From the NCBI GenBank assembly GCA_001599295.1, contig BCGN01000003.1:62001-126000 (forward strand): 64,000 nucleotides of DNA. The letters run 5' to 3'. The translations under genes and the position numbers were made by a program. The stretch is from Sporopachydermia quercuum (Eukaryota). This document shows positions 51,154-64,000 of the stretch, piece by piece (within the stretch, counting starts at the first letter, position 1; the number at the start of each line of letters is the position of its first letter). The notes under the pieces are model-generated. The model did no database searches, was not told where the DNA came from, and saw only the letters and a list, made by a program, of their open reading frames with translations.

Positions 51154-52458
51154 CGGAACGAGTTAATTTGAATGTTCGGGATGAAAATAAGGTTGAAAAC
51201 AAACTCCTTGTTGCGAATATAGACCAGAATGTCGGAGTAAAATACTGTTACTGTTAGCTACCTATATCATTTGATATTTCGTACGAGTTTTGAATTTTTC
51301 ATTATTGTGTCGGAAGTGTGTAAGAAGTTAAGAGATGTTTGTATATCGGATGTAAAAGAAATAAACTTTCAGGAATTAGGTTTAGGGTTTATTTGTGGGG
51401 ATCCTGTTTATGTCATGGATATTATGAATGTCACAGATGTTGCAGGTAGAACCCATTAGACATGCAGGATATGTAATAAGCTAATCGTAGGAAGAAATGT
51501 AGTCAGGATAAGAAAAGAGAAGAATTTTGTAAGTTGCGAAGTATTTGTGATAATTTTCGACAGAAGCAAGGTTAATCTACAGCTTGTACAGGAGTTGTAC
51601 GGCATATGAATAGAGTTTTTTCGTTATGATTGACAATAATGTGACAATCTGAAAATGTCCAGATTTTATGACAAAGTACATATTTGACAAATGAGACAAA
51701 GAAGATAATATATTTAGATGATATAATCAGAAATCAATAATAAGCACCTATTTTCGTTTCTTACCCCAATTATATTTTGATATTGATTTAACGGCTTTGA
51801 TAGAAAGCTAATATACATATAAAAAGATAGAACCTGAAAACAATTCTAAAAACTGGGTTAATTATACATTCGATGGCACACGAAGGGGATGGGTCGGTGT
51901 TATGACATATCGAAGCATCATGACATATATTCTCAGCTCCTCGTATTTATTTATGACGAAGCTGACAAAAATGTCATGAATANCATTAGCTCGGGAATCC
52001 AATTTTCCATTACCTAATCATTTATTACTTCTAGGAAATCCTAGGCCACAAACACGTAACCTAACTTAATGATGGCAAACAATGGGAATAGTAAGTAATA
52101 CATGGAATGGATAGGAAATGTATGACATTTATTATAAACAGAAAACCAAACACGATCAATAGACAGGAAAACGAAGAGAAAAAAAGAATCAAATGAATAG
52201 AGAAAACAAGTCTGAATATAATCTAATAAACAAACCCAAAGTATATATTAGCTGATGATATTACCTGAATGATCCGTCATGACATGACCAATAACTAACA
52301 CATCAAATGAAGTTTGAACATAGCAATCAAACAGCAAAGTGAGAATCATAATATAATATAATACCAATACTAATACTTATAATATTCAGAAAGTCATCAT
52401 GATGTAAGATAAAAATATAAAGTAGCTACTGGATTGATTAATGAGTGTATCAAAGCAT

Positions 52459-53137
52459 TTACAAAATAACACACTTCTTCTTCTTCTTCTTTTCTGGCTT
52501 TGCCTTCTTTTGCTTTCCCAACAATGCGACTCTAGTGGCTTCTTCAAAAACTTCTCGTACACCNTCACCTGTTTTAGCAGAACATTCCATATATCTAACA
52601 GCGCCAATTTTTTCAGCCATAGATTGACCTTCATCTTGCCTAATTGGAGTTTGAGAAATCTTGTTAAGTTCTTCAATAGTGTAAGGATCATTTCTTAAGT
52701 CAACTTTACAACCAACTAAGATGATTGGTACACCTGAACAGAAATGCAATACCTCTGGGTACCATTTTTCTTGAACGTTATCCAAAGAATCAGGTAAATC
52801 AATAGCAAAACAAATCAAAATCACATTTGAATCTGGGTACGATAAAGGTCGAAGTCTGTCGTAATCTTCTTGTCCAGCTGTATCCCATAAAGCCAAGTCG
52901 ACTACTTTACCATCAACTTGAACATCAGCAACGTAGTTTTCAAATACTGTTGGTACATAGACTTCAGGAAAGGTTCCTTTAGCAAAAACGCTTTAAATAT
53001 GTTAATTGATTAACTCTAATACGTTTTACTTTCATTGTACTTTCTTCTCATCATCATTGTACTTACATCAACAAACATGTTTTACCACAAGCACCATCTC
53101 CCACAATCACAAGTTTTCGTCGTAAATCAGCTTGCAT
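52459..53137 (-). CDS. RHO1: Rho1 GTPase, 200 aa; complement(join(52459..52990,53067..53137))
   Basis: [43 protein letters not shown]...[17 protein letters not shown]...[16 protein letters not shown] donor at 53066, AAG acceptor at 52991. Confidence 0.93.
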
Positions 53138-54663
53138 TTTGCCTATTCAATCAATCCAACAATTAGACTTAAATTATTAAGGCTATTCTCCCAAAACTTC
53201 TTCTGCTATATAACTATCGCAACTATTTATCTCTTAGTTCCCTATCGCAAGGTATGCTAATAACTGTCTGAAGATCAGAAACCCAACTGGAAGAAGCATA
53301 AAGTGTTGATTTTTGTTATTGCAGTAGAGCTCCAACCCAAAATCAAAGATTGCATCAAATATACATGAACCTTGCATATTAGCCTACGAGAGATGCANTG
53401 ATGAGCATTTTGCTTCCGAAATAGGAGAGCTATTTATATCCTGTTTTACCCGGCAGTAGAGAAGAAACTGGATTAAATGTAAGAAGAATACCAAGAACTA
53501 CTACAGAGACTTAACATTCGAATGAAGTTTTAGAGGATAATCCACTGTAATAATAGTAATGATGGTGGCAAATAATAATTTAGGCAATAGCGCATATAAA
53601 TCTGAAGGGATTATACGCGTGATAATGTGGTAAAAAACATTGTTTTGCACATCAATTTCTGGTGTTTATGTTGTGTTTTACAATCGGAATTGTTTATGCA
53701 TGACTTCGTATTACATAAAAAGCGTTTCTGCATAGTTCTGCATATATCATGTTTGGAGATAGAAATCTCAAAAATGTTCGAAAATTCAATATAATGAANC
53801 ATAATTTAGAGGATTGAGACCCAATGTAGCTTCTGAAAAAAATAGAGCTTCCTAGAGTCTCTTATTGAGATACTCATGAATAGGTGCTAGTACTTTCAAT
53901 TATAGTTGATGATCGATAAGCACCGAAAATTCAACAGAAAGTTGTGCATCTCATCATATAATGTTACATATAACCGAAGGGTTTTTAACGCTCCNTAATC
54001 CCAAGAACAAATGATCCGGGGGACTTAGGTATGTCCTGTTCTATGAATAAAGAGTCATTCATATGTGTACTCATTCATGATCGACTACCTAATCTCACGG
54101 TTATAACGTATATTTTTGATACTTAACATGTATTACTAAGCAATATATCGAGACAACTATTCCTGCTTGATCAGGTAGTAGTAATTCACAGTATAGGAAC
54201 TATATGGTTNGTACAATGATACAGATAAACCATCAGTCAATAGATCCATGTTGACGGTAGCGTGAAAACTGTATGTTAAATGGTCTAGTTTACAACACAT
54301 TCCGTTTCTCACTGCTTTTCATTGCACTCATAGAGTATTTCTAAGGCTGTTTGCGGTAACGATAAGAGAAGTAGTTGCAAAAATATTTCCTTATGATATC
54401 TGCCACAAGTGACAATCAGCTTCGCTGTAAATACCACACTTTACTCGTTTATTCCTAACTTCTCATCNCCATGTTATGAATGCGGAAGATAATCACCCTA
54501 CCTTCAAAATCAGATGCACTGAACTCCACTTTACGATCGATTCTTCCTAGTCTTAACAATGCAGGATCTGGATAATCAATATAGTTCTCATATTGTNATA
54601 TAGACTCCAAACTTCAGCCTTTACAGGCCAGTATGGGACTTTATCGTATGATGCTTCAATTGG

Positions 54664-55227
54664 TCATGGTACCTCTTCGTCTCTCAACTTTTCATCAACA
54701 CCTTCCTCCCTTTTATCATATTCACTCTCTCCCATTCCATTTCCAGATTCAATCCCTTCACCATAATACTTTTCTATCAGCTCTCTTTCCTCTGGCCCAA
54801 AATGATCTGTACGTCTAACTATTCCTTCTACTACATTCTCAAGCTCAGGAAATTCATCTACTATTTGTTTAGCAAATCTCCGCTTGAGAACATCCAAAGC
54901 TATACTTCTACCGCGTAAATATTGATTGGCTTTCCTGGTGTTTTCAATAAATTCTCGAATATAGATCTCTGGGTTTCTCCCATCTTCAATGTATTGTATA
55001 ACATCTCTTGGGATAGGATAAGCATCTTCATCAATTCTACTAACTGCTTCATCACCATTAGCTAGTAAATTGATAAATTGATTAGATGACCCAATCAAAC
55101 CTTCTCTAGCAGCTTCGGAGCCTTCAAAATCATGAACCTGGATAAACATTTGGTTCAATTGATTGATAGCTCCTGACAGAGCTGTCTTGATTGGATCAAG
55201 CTCTTTTTGTCTCTCTTCCAGACTCAT
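54664..55227 (-). CDS. NUT2: Mediator subunit Med10/Nut2
   Basis: IPRDVIQYIEDGRNPEIYIREFIE...NQYLRGR; divergent from MET16 as in S. cerevisiae. Confidence 0.88.
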   Translation of the reverse strand: MSLEERQKELDPIKTALSGAINQLNQMFIQVHDFEGSEAAREGLIGSSNQFINLLANGDEAVSRIDEDAYPIPRDVIQYIEDGRNPEIYIREFIENTRKANQYLRGRSIALDVLKRRFAKQIVDEFPELENVVEGIVRRTDHFGPEERELIEKYYGEGIESGNGMGESEYDKREEGVDEKLRDEEVP

Positions 55228-55788
55228 TGTACATAAATAATATGGTTGTCAGAGATGAGCAACTAGCTATCAATATGGTGATACAATACCGTTTCTGATG
55301 CTCATTGAATAAGTGCTAATGCTGTTATTTGAAGCATTTGATGATATCTGATTGGTATTTTTAGCTGCTTGAAGGAACAAGATAATATAGGAAAGGTTCA
55401 GAATTTCGGATAAGATAGAAAAAATACAGTCTCCGAAGTTGGCATATGTCGGAAACTATGGGGAATTTGGGTAACTTCCCAAAGCAGTAATTATTGCTAC
55501 TACAAAGATATATTAATTCACTATGTCATTATATATAACTATAAAATATACAGAGCTAGTTAACAATGATGATACTTAGTTAGAAGAGCTGAATTCAATT
55601 TGAAACAGGTAGAGACAGATAATCCTAACTACTAGAATTTTTCGCAATTATTCTTCACGATTATTTTTTTCTTCAGTCTGCTGACTATCTACTCTAACTC
55701 AATTGAAAATCTAACATTCCCCATACTTATATCGTGAGCTGCGCTTCCAACAACCTGTCTCCTCTCATATATTTAAATTACACAATTG

Positions 55789-55795
55789 CACGTGA
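55789..55795. promoter_or_regulatory. Cbf1-type CACGTGA element upstream of MET16
   Basis: CACGTGA about 365 bp upstream of the MET16 ATG; Cbf1 regulation of MET16 is established in S. cerevisiae. Confidence 0.6.
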
Positions 55796-56159
55796 TTCAC
55801 TTTATCCATGCAAGTGAAAAATTTCCTTCTTACTAATACAACATCCAGTTATGGTGGGTTGACTGATTTTATTGTATATTACCAAATAAAAATACATTTT
55901 CTTGGTAAGCCTACCGATGTGTTGATTGTAATCATTAGCAAATGTTTTGCTACTTAAATAGCTTGTCGGCTGTATCATATCTGTTCTAGAGCTCTGCTCC
56001 TGTGCTACTCTTCTTGTTTCACCTACAAACTTGATCAGCACTACCACCTACATCATTCATAGCATTTTCATCGCTGAGCCATAGTGATTTTCACCTTCTA
56101 CAGCAATATCACTACTAATACATCAAAGACTTATTTCAAGCGATTAATACAATTTGACA

Positions 56160-56948
56160 ATGACTAAGCCAGTTGTGAGTTTCACTCCGGAACATCTGGA
56201 GTTTATAAACACCCAATTAGCAGAACTATCACCTCAAGAAATAATTCAATGGGCTATAGTTACTTTCCCTAACTTATACCAAACCACAGCGTTCGGTTTA
56301 ACGGGTTTGGCTACTGTTGACATCATTTCCAAACTAGCTGCTAGTACTACTAGTAAATTGGCTTCTAAATCTCATCCTATTGACCTGATATTTATTGACA
56401 CACTTCATCATTTCCCAGAGACTCTGAAACTAGTGGAAAGAGTTGAAGAAAGATACAACTGCAAAATACACGTCTATAAACCCGACGGATGCGAAANTGA
56501 AAAGGAATTTGCTGAGAGATATGGTGAAGAATCTTGGAATATTAACGATGATCTATACGACTACGCAGTGAAAGTTGAACCAGCAGATCGAGCATATAAA
56601 GAGCTTGAAGTGATAGCAGTTTTAACTGGCAGAAGGAAAAGTCAAGGTGGAGCCAGAAACAATTTAAAGATTGTAGAATATGAAGAATTGACTGGAATTT
56701 ATAAAATTAATCCTATGGCTAATTGGTCTTTCCCAGAAGTGAAAGAATACATTGATAGGCATCATGTTCCATATAATGTGTTATTGAATAAAGGATATAA
56801 ATCAATTGGTGATTATCATTCAACATTTCCTGTCGGTGCAGGAGAAGATGAACGAAGTGGCAGATGGAAAGGAAAAGCCAAGACTGAATGTGGTATTCAT
56901 GACACTAGTAGGTTTGCTAGATTTTTGGCTGAAAAGGGTACTGCCTAG
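56160..56948 (+). CDS. MET16: PAPS reductase
   Basis: ATG at 56160; QTTAFGLTG, FIDTLHHFPET, TGRRKSQGG, GYKSIGD and C-terminal KTECGIH. Confidence 0.95.
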   Translation: MTKPVVSFTPEHLEFINTQLAELSPQEIIQWAIVTFPNLYQTTAFGLTGLATVDIISKLAASTTSKLASKSHPIDLIFIDTLHHFPETLKLVERVEERYNCKIHVYKPDGCEXEKEFAERYGEESWNINDDLYDYAVKVEPADRAYKELEVIAVLTGRRKSQGGARNNLKIVEYEELTGIYKINPMANWSFPEVKEYIDRHHVPYNVLLNKGYKSIGDYHSTFPVGAGEDERSGRWKGKAKTECGIHDTSRFARFLAEKGTA

Positions 56949-57661
56949 TCTAGCATTGGAGTATTTGGTAGATGATAATAGAGAGAATGAAAAGAAGACA
57001 GTTAATCCTGTGTATTTGGTAATGGAATATTTAAATTTAGAGAGCACGCTTCCTTGGATTTGATTCATTTTCACTAACTCGTAGGAACTGTTGATGAATG
57101 TATAATGGGTGTTATATTTGTAGGAGGTATGCCAGACGAGTCAAGTCGTCTATCAGAGCAAGGTCAGATTTTTTTGAATACTCTTCTAGCAAAGCAAGAC
57201 TGAGGCTGTACTCAAGGGATAAATATTCAAATGGTCTATTCCATTATTCGGGTTAATAGTATACCATCTGTTGGCTCTGTAGATGATCTACGCATTTATC
57301 GAAACAATGTGCTTTGCTACACCAGAGCTATCTCCAATCANTGGAACACATTGATGAAAGTANCTCCAAGAAATTTAGGTGCGCGCAATGATTATTCGTC
57401 TGCCATACAAATAAACTTTTCTGTCTTGAAAATAAAGCTTATAAACCTGAACTTAAAATCAACTTAATTATAAGGTATTGAACCTTATACTTGACATTGC
57501 ATCTCCTTCCAATGAAATTTTTTTCTTCTTCCATTATCAACCATGTTATCTCCAATTGATTTATCATTTTTTATTTATTATCACATTATCTTCATTTTAC
57601 TTAGAATATTAAAACTTCTCCAACATTTAATATTCCTCCTTTTGTTCAAATACCTTTCAAA

Positions 57662-59233
57662 ATGCGTAAAAAGCTCAAAAAATCACCTGAACACTCGTCG
57701 ATTCTTCCTCTCTTCGATATCAGTTTGAAGGATGATTACATCTTCGATATCAAGTTTCATCCAGAAAAACAACATTTTGCTTTGGGGTTTGGCTCCGGAA
57801 GGATCCATTTCTGCTCATACGATCCAAGTGCTGCAAAGAGTTATCAGCATGAACTGTTGGGTCAAAAAACCGACAATACCACGTCAACTCACGCCATATT
57901 CACTTCTTTATCTCCCACAGACATACCCAGTGATCTAACATCAATTTTGACTCCAGGCTGGTCTACCAAACGTCATAAGGGCTCCTGTCGAGGACTTGCA
58001 TTTTCTGGCGATGGCATGAACTTATTCTCTGTTGGAACTGATCATGTGATCAAGAAAACTGATGTAACTACTGGTAAGGTTACTAATAAAACCACTATAG
58101 ATATAAAGAGCCCAAGTGATAAAACTTCGATTACGAAATTAGCAGTGTCAATAAATGAGAATCCCTTATTATTGACAGGCTCTGAAAAATCAATTGTACG
58201 TGTTTTCGATACCAGAACATTGAAACAGACTAAAGCTTATGATTTACTGGCTGATGACGAAGAGGGCCACGGTGGGGAATGTATTAATGCTATAACTCCT
58301 ATTTCTGTCGTTAATCAATATAGTTATCTAGTTGCTTATGGTAGTAAGTTAGTTAAGCTAGATACTAGAAAAGGTGTTATAGCTCGCAGTGATGACCAGG
58401 AAGATGAATTGCTCTCATTGTGCTTTCCTAATGTTGATACTATGGATATTGCTATTGGAGGTATGAGTGAAGGTAACTTAACTGTATGGAATCCAAAAAA
58501 GAACAACTGGGCTGATCAGGTTAACAGAATCAGAGTGAGCGATGAAAGCATTGATTGCATGATTTCTACTTTAGATTACGGTAGTGAGAGTGCTGTTAAC
58601 GCTGGAAATTGTATCTTTGCATCAGGAGGAGATGGGATAGTCAGAAAAGTTAATGCCAAGTTTGGGAGGGTCATAGAGATGAGGGAACATTCTAAATGCG
58701 ATGAGGTTGGATTTTTGGATCTTGATTATGAGTATCGATTGATGAGTGCCAGTATGGACATGGTTCGCTTATGGAATAAGGAGCAAGATACAAAGGAGAA
58801 AGAAGATGAAGGTCAAGATGAGAAAGAGGACGAGAGTGATTCGGGCGATGATGGCAGTGATAATGATACCGATGACATTAGTGATGATAGTGATAGTGAA
58901 AGTGATGTGTTTGACAGCGATGATGAAGAGAAAAAAGTAGAGAAAGAGGGAAAGAAGAAGGGAAGCGAGAATGACGAAGTTAATGATGATAGTGGTAGTC
59001 AGAGAAAGGATTGTGAGTCTTCAGAATCACTTGCAGTTGATTCTGATACTTTTGCTAGGTTTTCTGAGCCGTCAGATGAAAAAAAGTCTAGGTCTTCAGT
59101 TAAAGCCCAAAGCGCTGCGAAAATATCCTCCACTGCTAAACAGATCAGACAATTGCAAAAGAATTCAATGNGTACTAAGCAACAAAGAAACCTGAAAAAG
59201 CATATACATGGCATTAGAAGATTCGATCTATAG
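57662..59233 (+). CDS. JIP5: WD40 ribosome-biogenesis protein Jip5
   Basis: WSTKRHKGSCR, SDDQEDELL, LDLDYEYRLMSASMD and an acidic tail ending HGIRRFDL; synteny with MET16/NUT2. Confidence 0.88.
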   Translation: MRKKLKKSPEHSSILPLFDISLKDDYIFDIKFHPEKQHFALGFGSGRIHFCSYDPSAAKSYQHELLGQKTDNTTSTHAIFTSLSPTDIPSDLTSILTPGWSTKRHKGSCRGLAFSGDGMNLFSVGTDHVIKKTDVTTGKVTNKTTIDIKSPSDKTSITKLAVSINENPLLLTGSEKSIVRVFDTRTLKQTKAYDLLADDEEGHGGECINAITPISVVNQYSYLVAYGSKLVKLDTRKGVIARSDDQEDELLSLCFPNVDTMDIAIGGMSEGNLTVWNPKKNNWADQVNRIRVSDESIDCMISTLDYGSESAVNAGNCIFASGGDGIVRKVNAKFGRVIEMREHSKCDEVGFLDLDYEYRLMSASMDMVRLWNKEQDTKEKEDEGQDEKEDESDSGDDGSDNDTDDISDDSDSESDVFDSDDEEKKVEKEGKKKGSENDEVNDDSGSQRKDCESSESLAVDSDTFARFSEPSDEKKSRSSVKAQSAAKISSTAKQIRQLQKNSMXTKQQRNLKKHIHGIRRFDL

Positions 59234-62140
59234 AAGTAATAATAAAGAAACAGAACAAAAAGTTCAAAGGTGTCAATGTTGGTACATAGGATAAACGAGG
59301 TATGGTTGAAAAGATCCATAAATCAACAGAACAAATAGATGGCTTTTAACTGCCAGTCATCATAGTTGTGTGCATGATACTCGGCGATTACGTAAAAATT
59401 ATGTTATATTAGCTTTGATAATGTGAAAAGAAATAGGTAGCAATGATGGCACCTGAGAAAAACTGGAGAAAACTGTGAAACAATTTAACTATAAAGATTC
59501 TGTTTATGCTCGAAAACAATTTAATAATTCATCGATTTACAGAATAATGAAGTATCTTTTAATTTATTATTAATTATATGGGTTCAGCCGTCATTGGATT
59601 CGGTTTACTGTCAAGAATACCTTTCTATTGGAAGTAAACAGTTTATTTTATAACCATTTCTCACCTAATAGTAACTACATTGACACTCAAAACCTACTGG
59701 ATTTCCAAAGCTGGTATATCCGCTGTTATTCAAATGTTGGTAATCCATCCCTCTTTATCTTTCTCTAANGTGTCTATATTCTTATAATTTCAGAATGTAT
59801 ACATTTAGTCCGGAAAGGTTGAAACCAAAACTCTTCAATCACATTGCAAATGACATTAACCAATTTCTGGATGGTGCCAATTAATGATCCGACTGAAAAG
59901 ATAAAAATGAGAAAACTGGCCACATTACAAGAGGGTAGGTGTACTATAATTTCAGCATATAACATATACTAAAGGAAAATTCCTAGGTTACTGCAAGATG
60001 AGCTTATCTCTCCCAACGAGAAGGAGGAAGAATAAAGATGAGTGAAATGCAATCATTATAACAAGCATATAATTGAGAGAAGAAATAGCAATTTCAAGAG
60101 AACCAATGTAAATTTCAATGAAGAAGAATGTTTTTCAAGGTTGCCCGTACAGCATTTTCGTCTATTATTATTGATTCTGCTATATGGCTTTCAGTTGCAA
60201 CTACACATTGAGTGGAATGTTCCATTATTGGCTCAAGGTGATCTTAAATTAAGGTTTATGATAAAGTTTAAATTCCTGTTTACTTGAAATCTTATTTATT
60301 TATCTCAAAACCTTATTGCTATTGGTTTAAACTTTAATGTAAAATTATTCTTAAATTGATTTCTGCTAAGAAAGAAATACGATNTAGTATCTTAGAGTAA
60401 AGAGCATCTACATAAGAAATGGACAAGGGAAATACACACAAATTTCTAAGCTTCAAATAGGGAAGAAAAATTCTAAACTAAAAATATAATGTAAAACCAG
60501 TTGGTTACACTACNACATAAGCTTTTCTGAAAATATAGGTAAGAACGAAGAGAAGTTTCAATCAATGTTGCAGGAGTCTAATGAATCATCGTGCAAGGCA
60601 AGACCAAAGAAGAGCAACTCATACTTTCTTTTTTTTTTTATAATAATTGGTCGAAATCCGTGCTTCAAACCTGTGACTTGCTTTGCTTTAATTCACAACA
60701 GTTCTTTTCTTTATTATTGAATCTTTCCCAACTTACTCTTCGAGAAGAAATCTTCTGTATTGTCTGCATGCCGTTAGGCTTTTCAAACAAACTTACTATA
60801 AGACAGTACAAGCTTTATAGAAAAGGATTATTTAATTTAGAAAAAACTGTTATTTATTTATCTTCATTTTTTGTTATTTGCTTAATATTAGTCATCCTGT
60901 TCCCTAAGAGATCTATGTACCATTTCGGCTGGACACTCCACTTGAACTTGGTTTTTTTTTTGGGGATTGGCAATTACATATTTGATATATAGGAACCTAA
61001 TTTGAACTCTAAACGGAAGCTCTAATGATTGAACACAAGCCAAAAAGTTGATATGTGCTACATTTGTCTATTAATTTTGCAGAAAATTATAAGGAAGGAT
61101 GCTCTAAGGATAATTAATACCCTTGAATAGACTAACTTGATTGATATGTTTTCTAGTTTCACATATAATTATCTCTGATTTAATGGAGCAGCAATTCTAA
61201 TATTTATTTATGCATTAACATGCGGGCTTTAAGATTTAGTTGCAGCAAGTTAACTTTAACTTGGTGACACTAAAGAAAACTGCACGAGAAGAGTAAACAT
61301 ACTGTACGATCAGATATGGTTTTAGCATACTCAATGATCTGTTATTAGTGAGAAGTGTTTTATTGTAGGGAAAGTTGTACATATATTCCAAAAGCAGAAC
61401 ATTTCCTTTTAGTAGAAAACCAGTAGAGCACCTCAATAATTAGAAAAATAAAGTTACCTATTATTCCAGAAAAATAAAATTGAGTTCTAAGCTTATTTCA
61501 AACTCAATTTCACAATTCACAATTATCTCTAATAAAAGCAAGGAGAATAAAGCATTCAACACTGGAATTTTAATTAGAAACTAGTGAGTAATATTCATAT
61601 AAACATTCAATCTCTCAAATGCGCCCAATAGTGCTACTGACCCAGGAAGTAGCAGGTGACAGCACTAGCTTCATCAGTTCCCATCTTTCCTGATTTTCAT
61701 TTAAGATTCAGTACTTCTGCGTTTCATATGCATCCATACTCACATTCAAATTTAAAGTTTGCTATTTAATTTGAATTAGAAAAAATACTTCTTACTCCCA
61801 CAAAAGGNCGCTAGTTGCTGCGATTATCACTACCCACTTTGTCATTTACTATGGCACTTAGTGCATTTCTAGATGACCAATCTGTAAAAATCAATCAGCA
61901 TCCATTTATTGAACTGGTTTAGAGTTTTTATATGGCTTTCTTTGCTCATCNCGAAATAATCTGGTGAAAGAGTTATAGCAGACACTTAAGCAGTGAGCCA
62001 ATACATAGATAGGCAGGTACATCACCGACTAACTAGAAGGTCTAACTAATATCCAAAGTTTTCCTATCCCTCTGAACCCAAACAAAATTGGATTCTCTAG
62101 AGGCACATAATTGAACTAAGAGTAAAGTTGTTTAATAACA

Positions 62141-62992
62141 ATGACTAGATCACCACCGAAGCGGAGGACACGTATAACAGGAGACCAACCTGGACAGCAA
62201 CAGTTTAATGTGGTACTGCACTATTCACCACTGAAGTATCAAGCTTGGATTAAGGATCACCCTCCAAAGCCACCAAGAGGCCGAAGATCCAATAAGTACA
62301 ACAGTAAAAACAATAAAAATACCATCAACAATAATAACGGCAGTACTACTATTCCTGCTTATATAAAAGATCCAACGCTTGCCAGACCTTTTACGTTCAA
62401 ATACACAAATGTGGGAGTATCAAGTATAGCTACTGGCACATCTACTATTGTTCCGACTAATAGGTCAAGGAAGCATTTTATATATAATAACTATGAAATA
62501 AGCTCAAATATTATTCCTGTTGATAATATTTATATTGACAACGAAATAATGTATCCTGTTGATGATACGATGCCAGTGTTGCTTGAATCTTTACAGCGAG
62601 CACATGAGTTGACTGAATGTGTTACTAAAGATGAGCACGAGAAAGAATGGAAACTATACGCAGACTTCATCAGTGATATACTAGCTGACTGGCGTTGCAA
62701 ATGGGGAATTTTAGAAGCAAAAAAGAGAAAAATGAATAGATTGGAAAGAAAGAGAAAGCTTGAGAATGATAACAATAGTAGCATTAGTAATATCAACGCT
62801 TCAGATGATGAAAATTTACGAAAGAGAGTGTTACTAAATGATGGAATTAAGTCAGAAGTAAGGAGTAATAGGACATCTGATATACCTACTTTGACTACAA
62901 TATCTGATGATATAGACACCGATGAACATGAAGAAGTGCCGGATGATGTTAAAGATGATGTTGGTTCAATTGAGGAAGAGTTGGACGAATAG
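62141..62992 (+). CDS. Hypothetical protein, 283 aa, probably nuclear (basic NLS-like patches, acidic tail)
   Basis: Long ATG-initiated ORF with coding-like composition; family not recognised. Confidence 0.65.
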   Translation: MTRSPPKRRTRITGDQPGQQQFNVVLHYSPLKYQAWIKDHPPKPPRGRRSNKYNSKNNKNTINNNNGSTTIPAYIKDPTLARPFTFKYTNVGVSSIATGTSTIVPTNRSRKHFIYNNYEISSNIIPVDNIYIDNEIMYPVDDTMPVLLESLQRAHELTECVTKDEHEKEWKLYADFISDILADWRCKWGILEAKKRKMNRLERKRKLENDNNSSISNINASDDENLRKRVLLNDGIKSEVRSNRTSDIPTLTTISDDIDTDEHEEVPDDVKDDVGSIEEELDE

Positions 62993-64000
62993 TACGAGAA
63001 CATAAAAGTAAAAAATGACTGATTTATGTATATATATATGAGGATAAAGCATGGTCTGAAATACTATTAAAAATGTATCTTCCGTAGATCTTTTGAATAG
63101 TTCTACTGAAGAAAAAAAATAACTATGTTACTGTTCAAGAATTGTAATCGAAAGAGATATGCNATCTCAAGAATGCGTAATCTGATTGGTAATTGAGGGA
63201 GGGGANCAGACCTCTCTGCAGGAAAAGGGGGCAAAGTGGGAAACAGTTCATTAAGTATACCAAGAGATGGAGGAGAATTTGGCTTTTCTGTTAAAAAATC
63301 TTGTAAGACTTGGAATACAATTTACTTTTTAATTGAGCAAGTTTTAGAGGTTCTCCTATTAGTTCAATGAAAAGAAGCGACCGAATGGAGTAGAGAAGAG
63401 GACAGTTTTAGAGGTACAATATATGTATCTTTCATGCAAAGCTGACTTGTTGAACTTGAAAATTTTATTGGCGATAGCAGGTGAGATTTGAGAATAAATT
63501 TAATAACATAGCAATGTTGATATGGTTGTCAATACTTATATGCCAAAAGACTTCGATACTATCTATATTCAATCCTTCGAAGTAAGGGTATGTTTACAGT
63601 GTGTTTCTTGAACTGGCAAGAAGAGGTCGACTATATCAATCAACTTTCCCCATTATTGGTCGCAAGACTGTAAGGTTACGGTTTGGCATAGGAGTCCACT
63701 TTGTTTAAACAAGACATAAGGCCAAAGCTAGTATTCTGGAAATGATTTATGTTGCTCTTCAGTAGTTACTCAATGAAGGGAAACTAAGACAATATCATTA
63801 GTTTTATAAATTCAAAAGTGGCTCTTATATTTCAAGTTCTACTTTTATTAATTGTTTAAACTGGTAATGTTTTGTAAAATTTGGACAGGGAGAACAGCTG
63901 TTGACAAGGTTTGAAAATAGGTTTTCAACATTATTGTATAACTTTTCATTCGGAAAACTTTTCTGACAAAACGAGGAAGTTTGTAGCGCATTAAGACAAT

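Noticed and set aside
53138..54663. MRP2 expected next to RHO1 from S. cerevisiae synteny
   Set aside because: No S14-like ORF is visible in this interval.

Overview
Eukaryotic DNA from a budding yeast (Saccharomycotina). It has short GTATGT/GTAAGT...(T)ACTAAC...YAG introns, and CTG sits at conserved Leu positions, so it is not a CUG-Ser species. I see about 23 protein-coding genes. The left part is an ancestral block: SKT5/CHS4, a small spliced membrane ORF, UBP13/9, PRS2/4, UBC6, KTI11 and RPS8, followed by a Ccw12-like GPI protein, ISA1 and OCA4. The right part is a second ancestral block: RHO1, NUT2/MED10, MET16 and JIP5, plus one orphan ORF. Between them (about 31.4-51.2 kb) lies an uninterrupted 8-gene aromatic-catabolism (3-oxoadipate/beta-ketoadipate) cluster. 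It encodes an FAD phenol-type hydroxylase, a SnoaL/NTF2-like protein, an alpha/beta lactone hydrolase, an intradiol dioxygenase, a CaiB/BaiF family III CoA-transferase, a 3-oxoacid CoA-transferase, a thiolase and a Zn2Cys6 regulator. The cluster has no recognisable muconate or carboxymuconate cycloisomerase and no maleylacetate reductase, so the CaiB/BaiF and SnoaL proteins are candidates for unassigned steps. Its promoters share a recurrent TCGGATAA motif, TGACA clusters and Mig1-like GC boxes. I reconstructed several intron-containing gene models by hand. Gene names rest on recalled family motifs and synteny; no searches were run.
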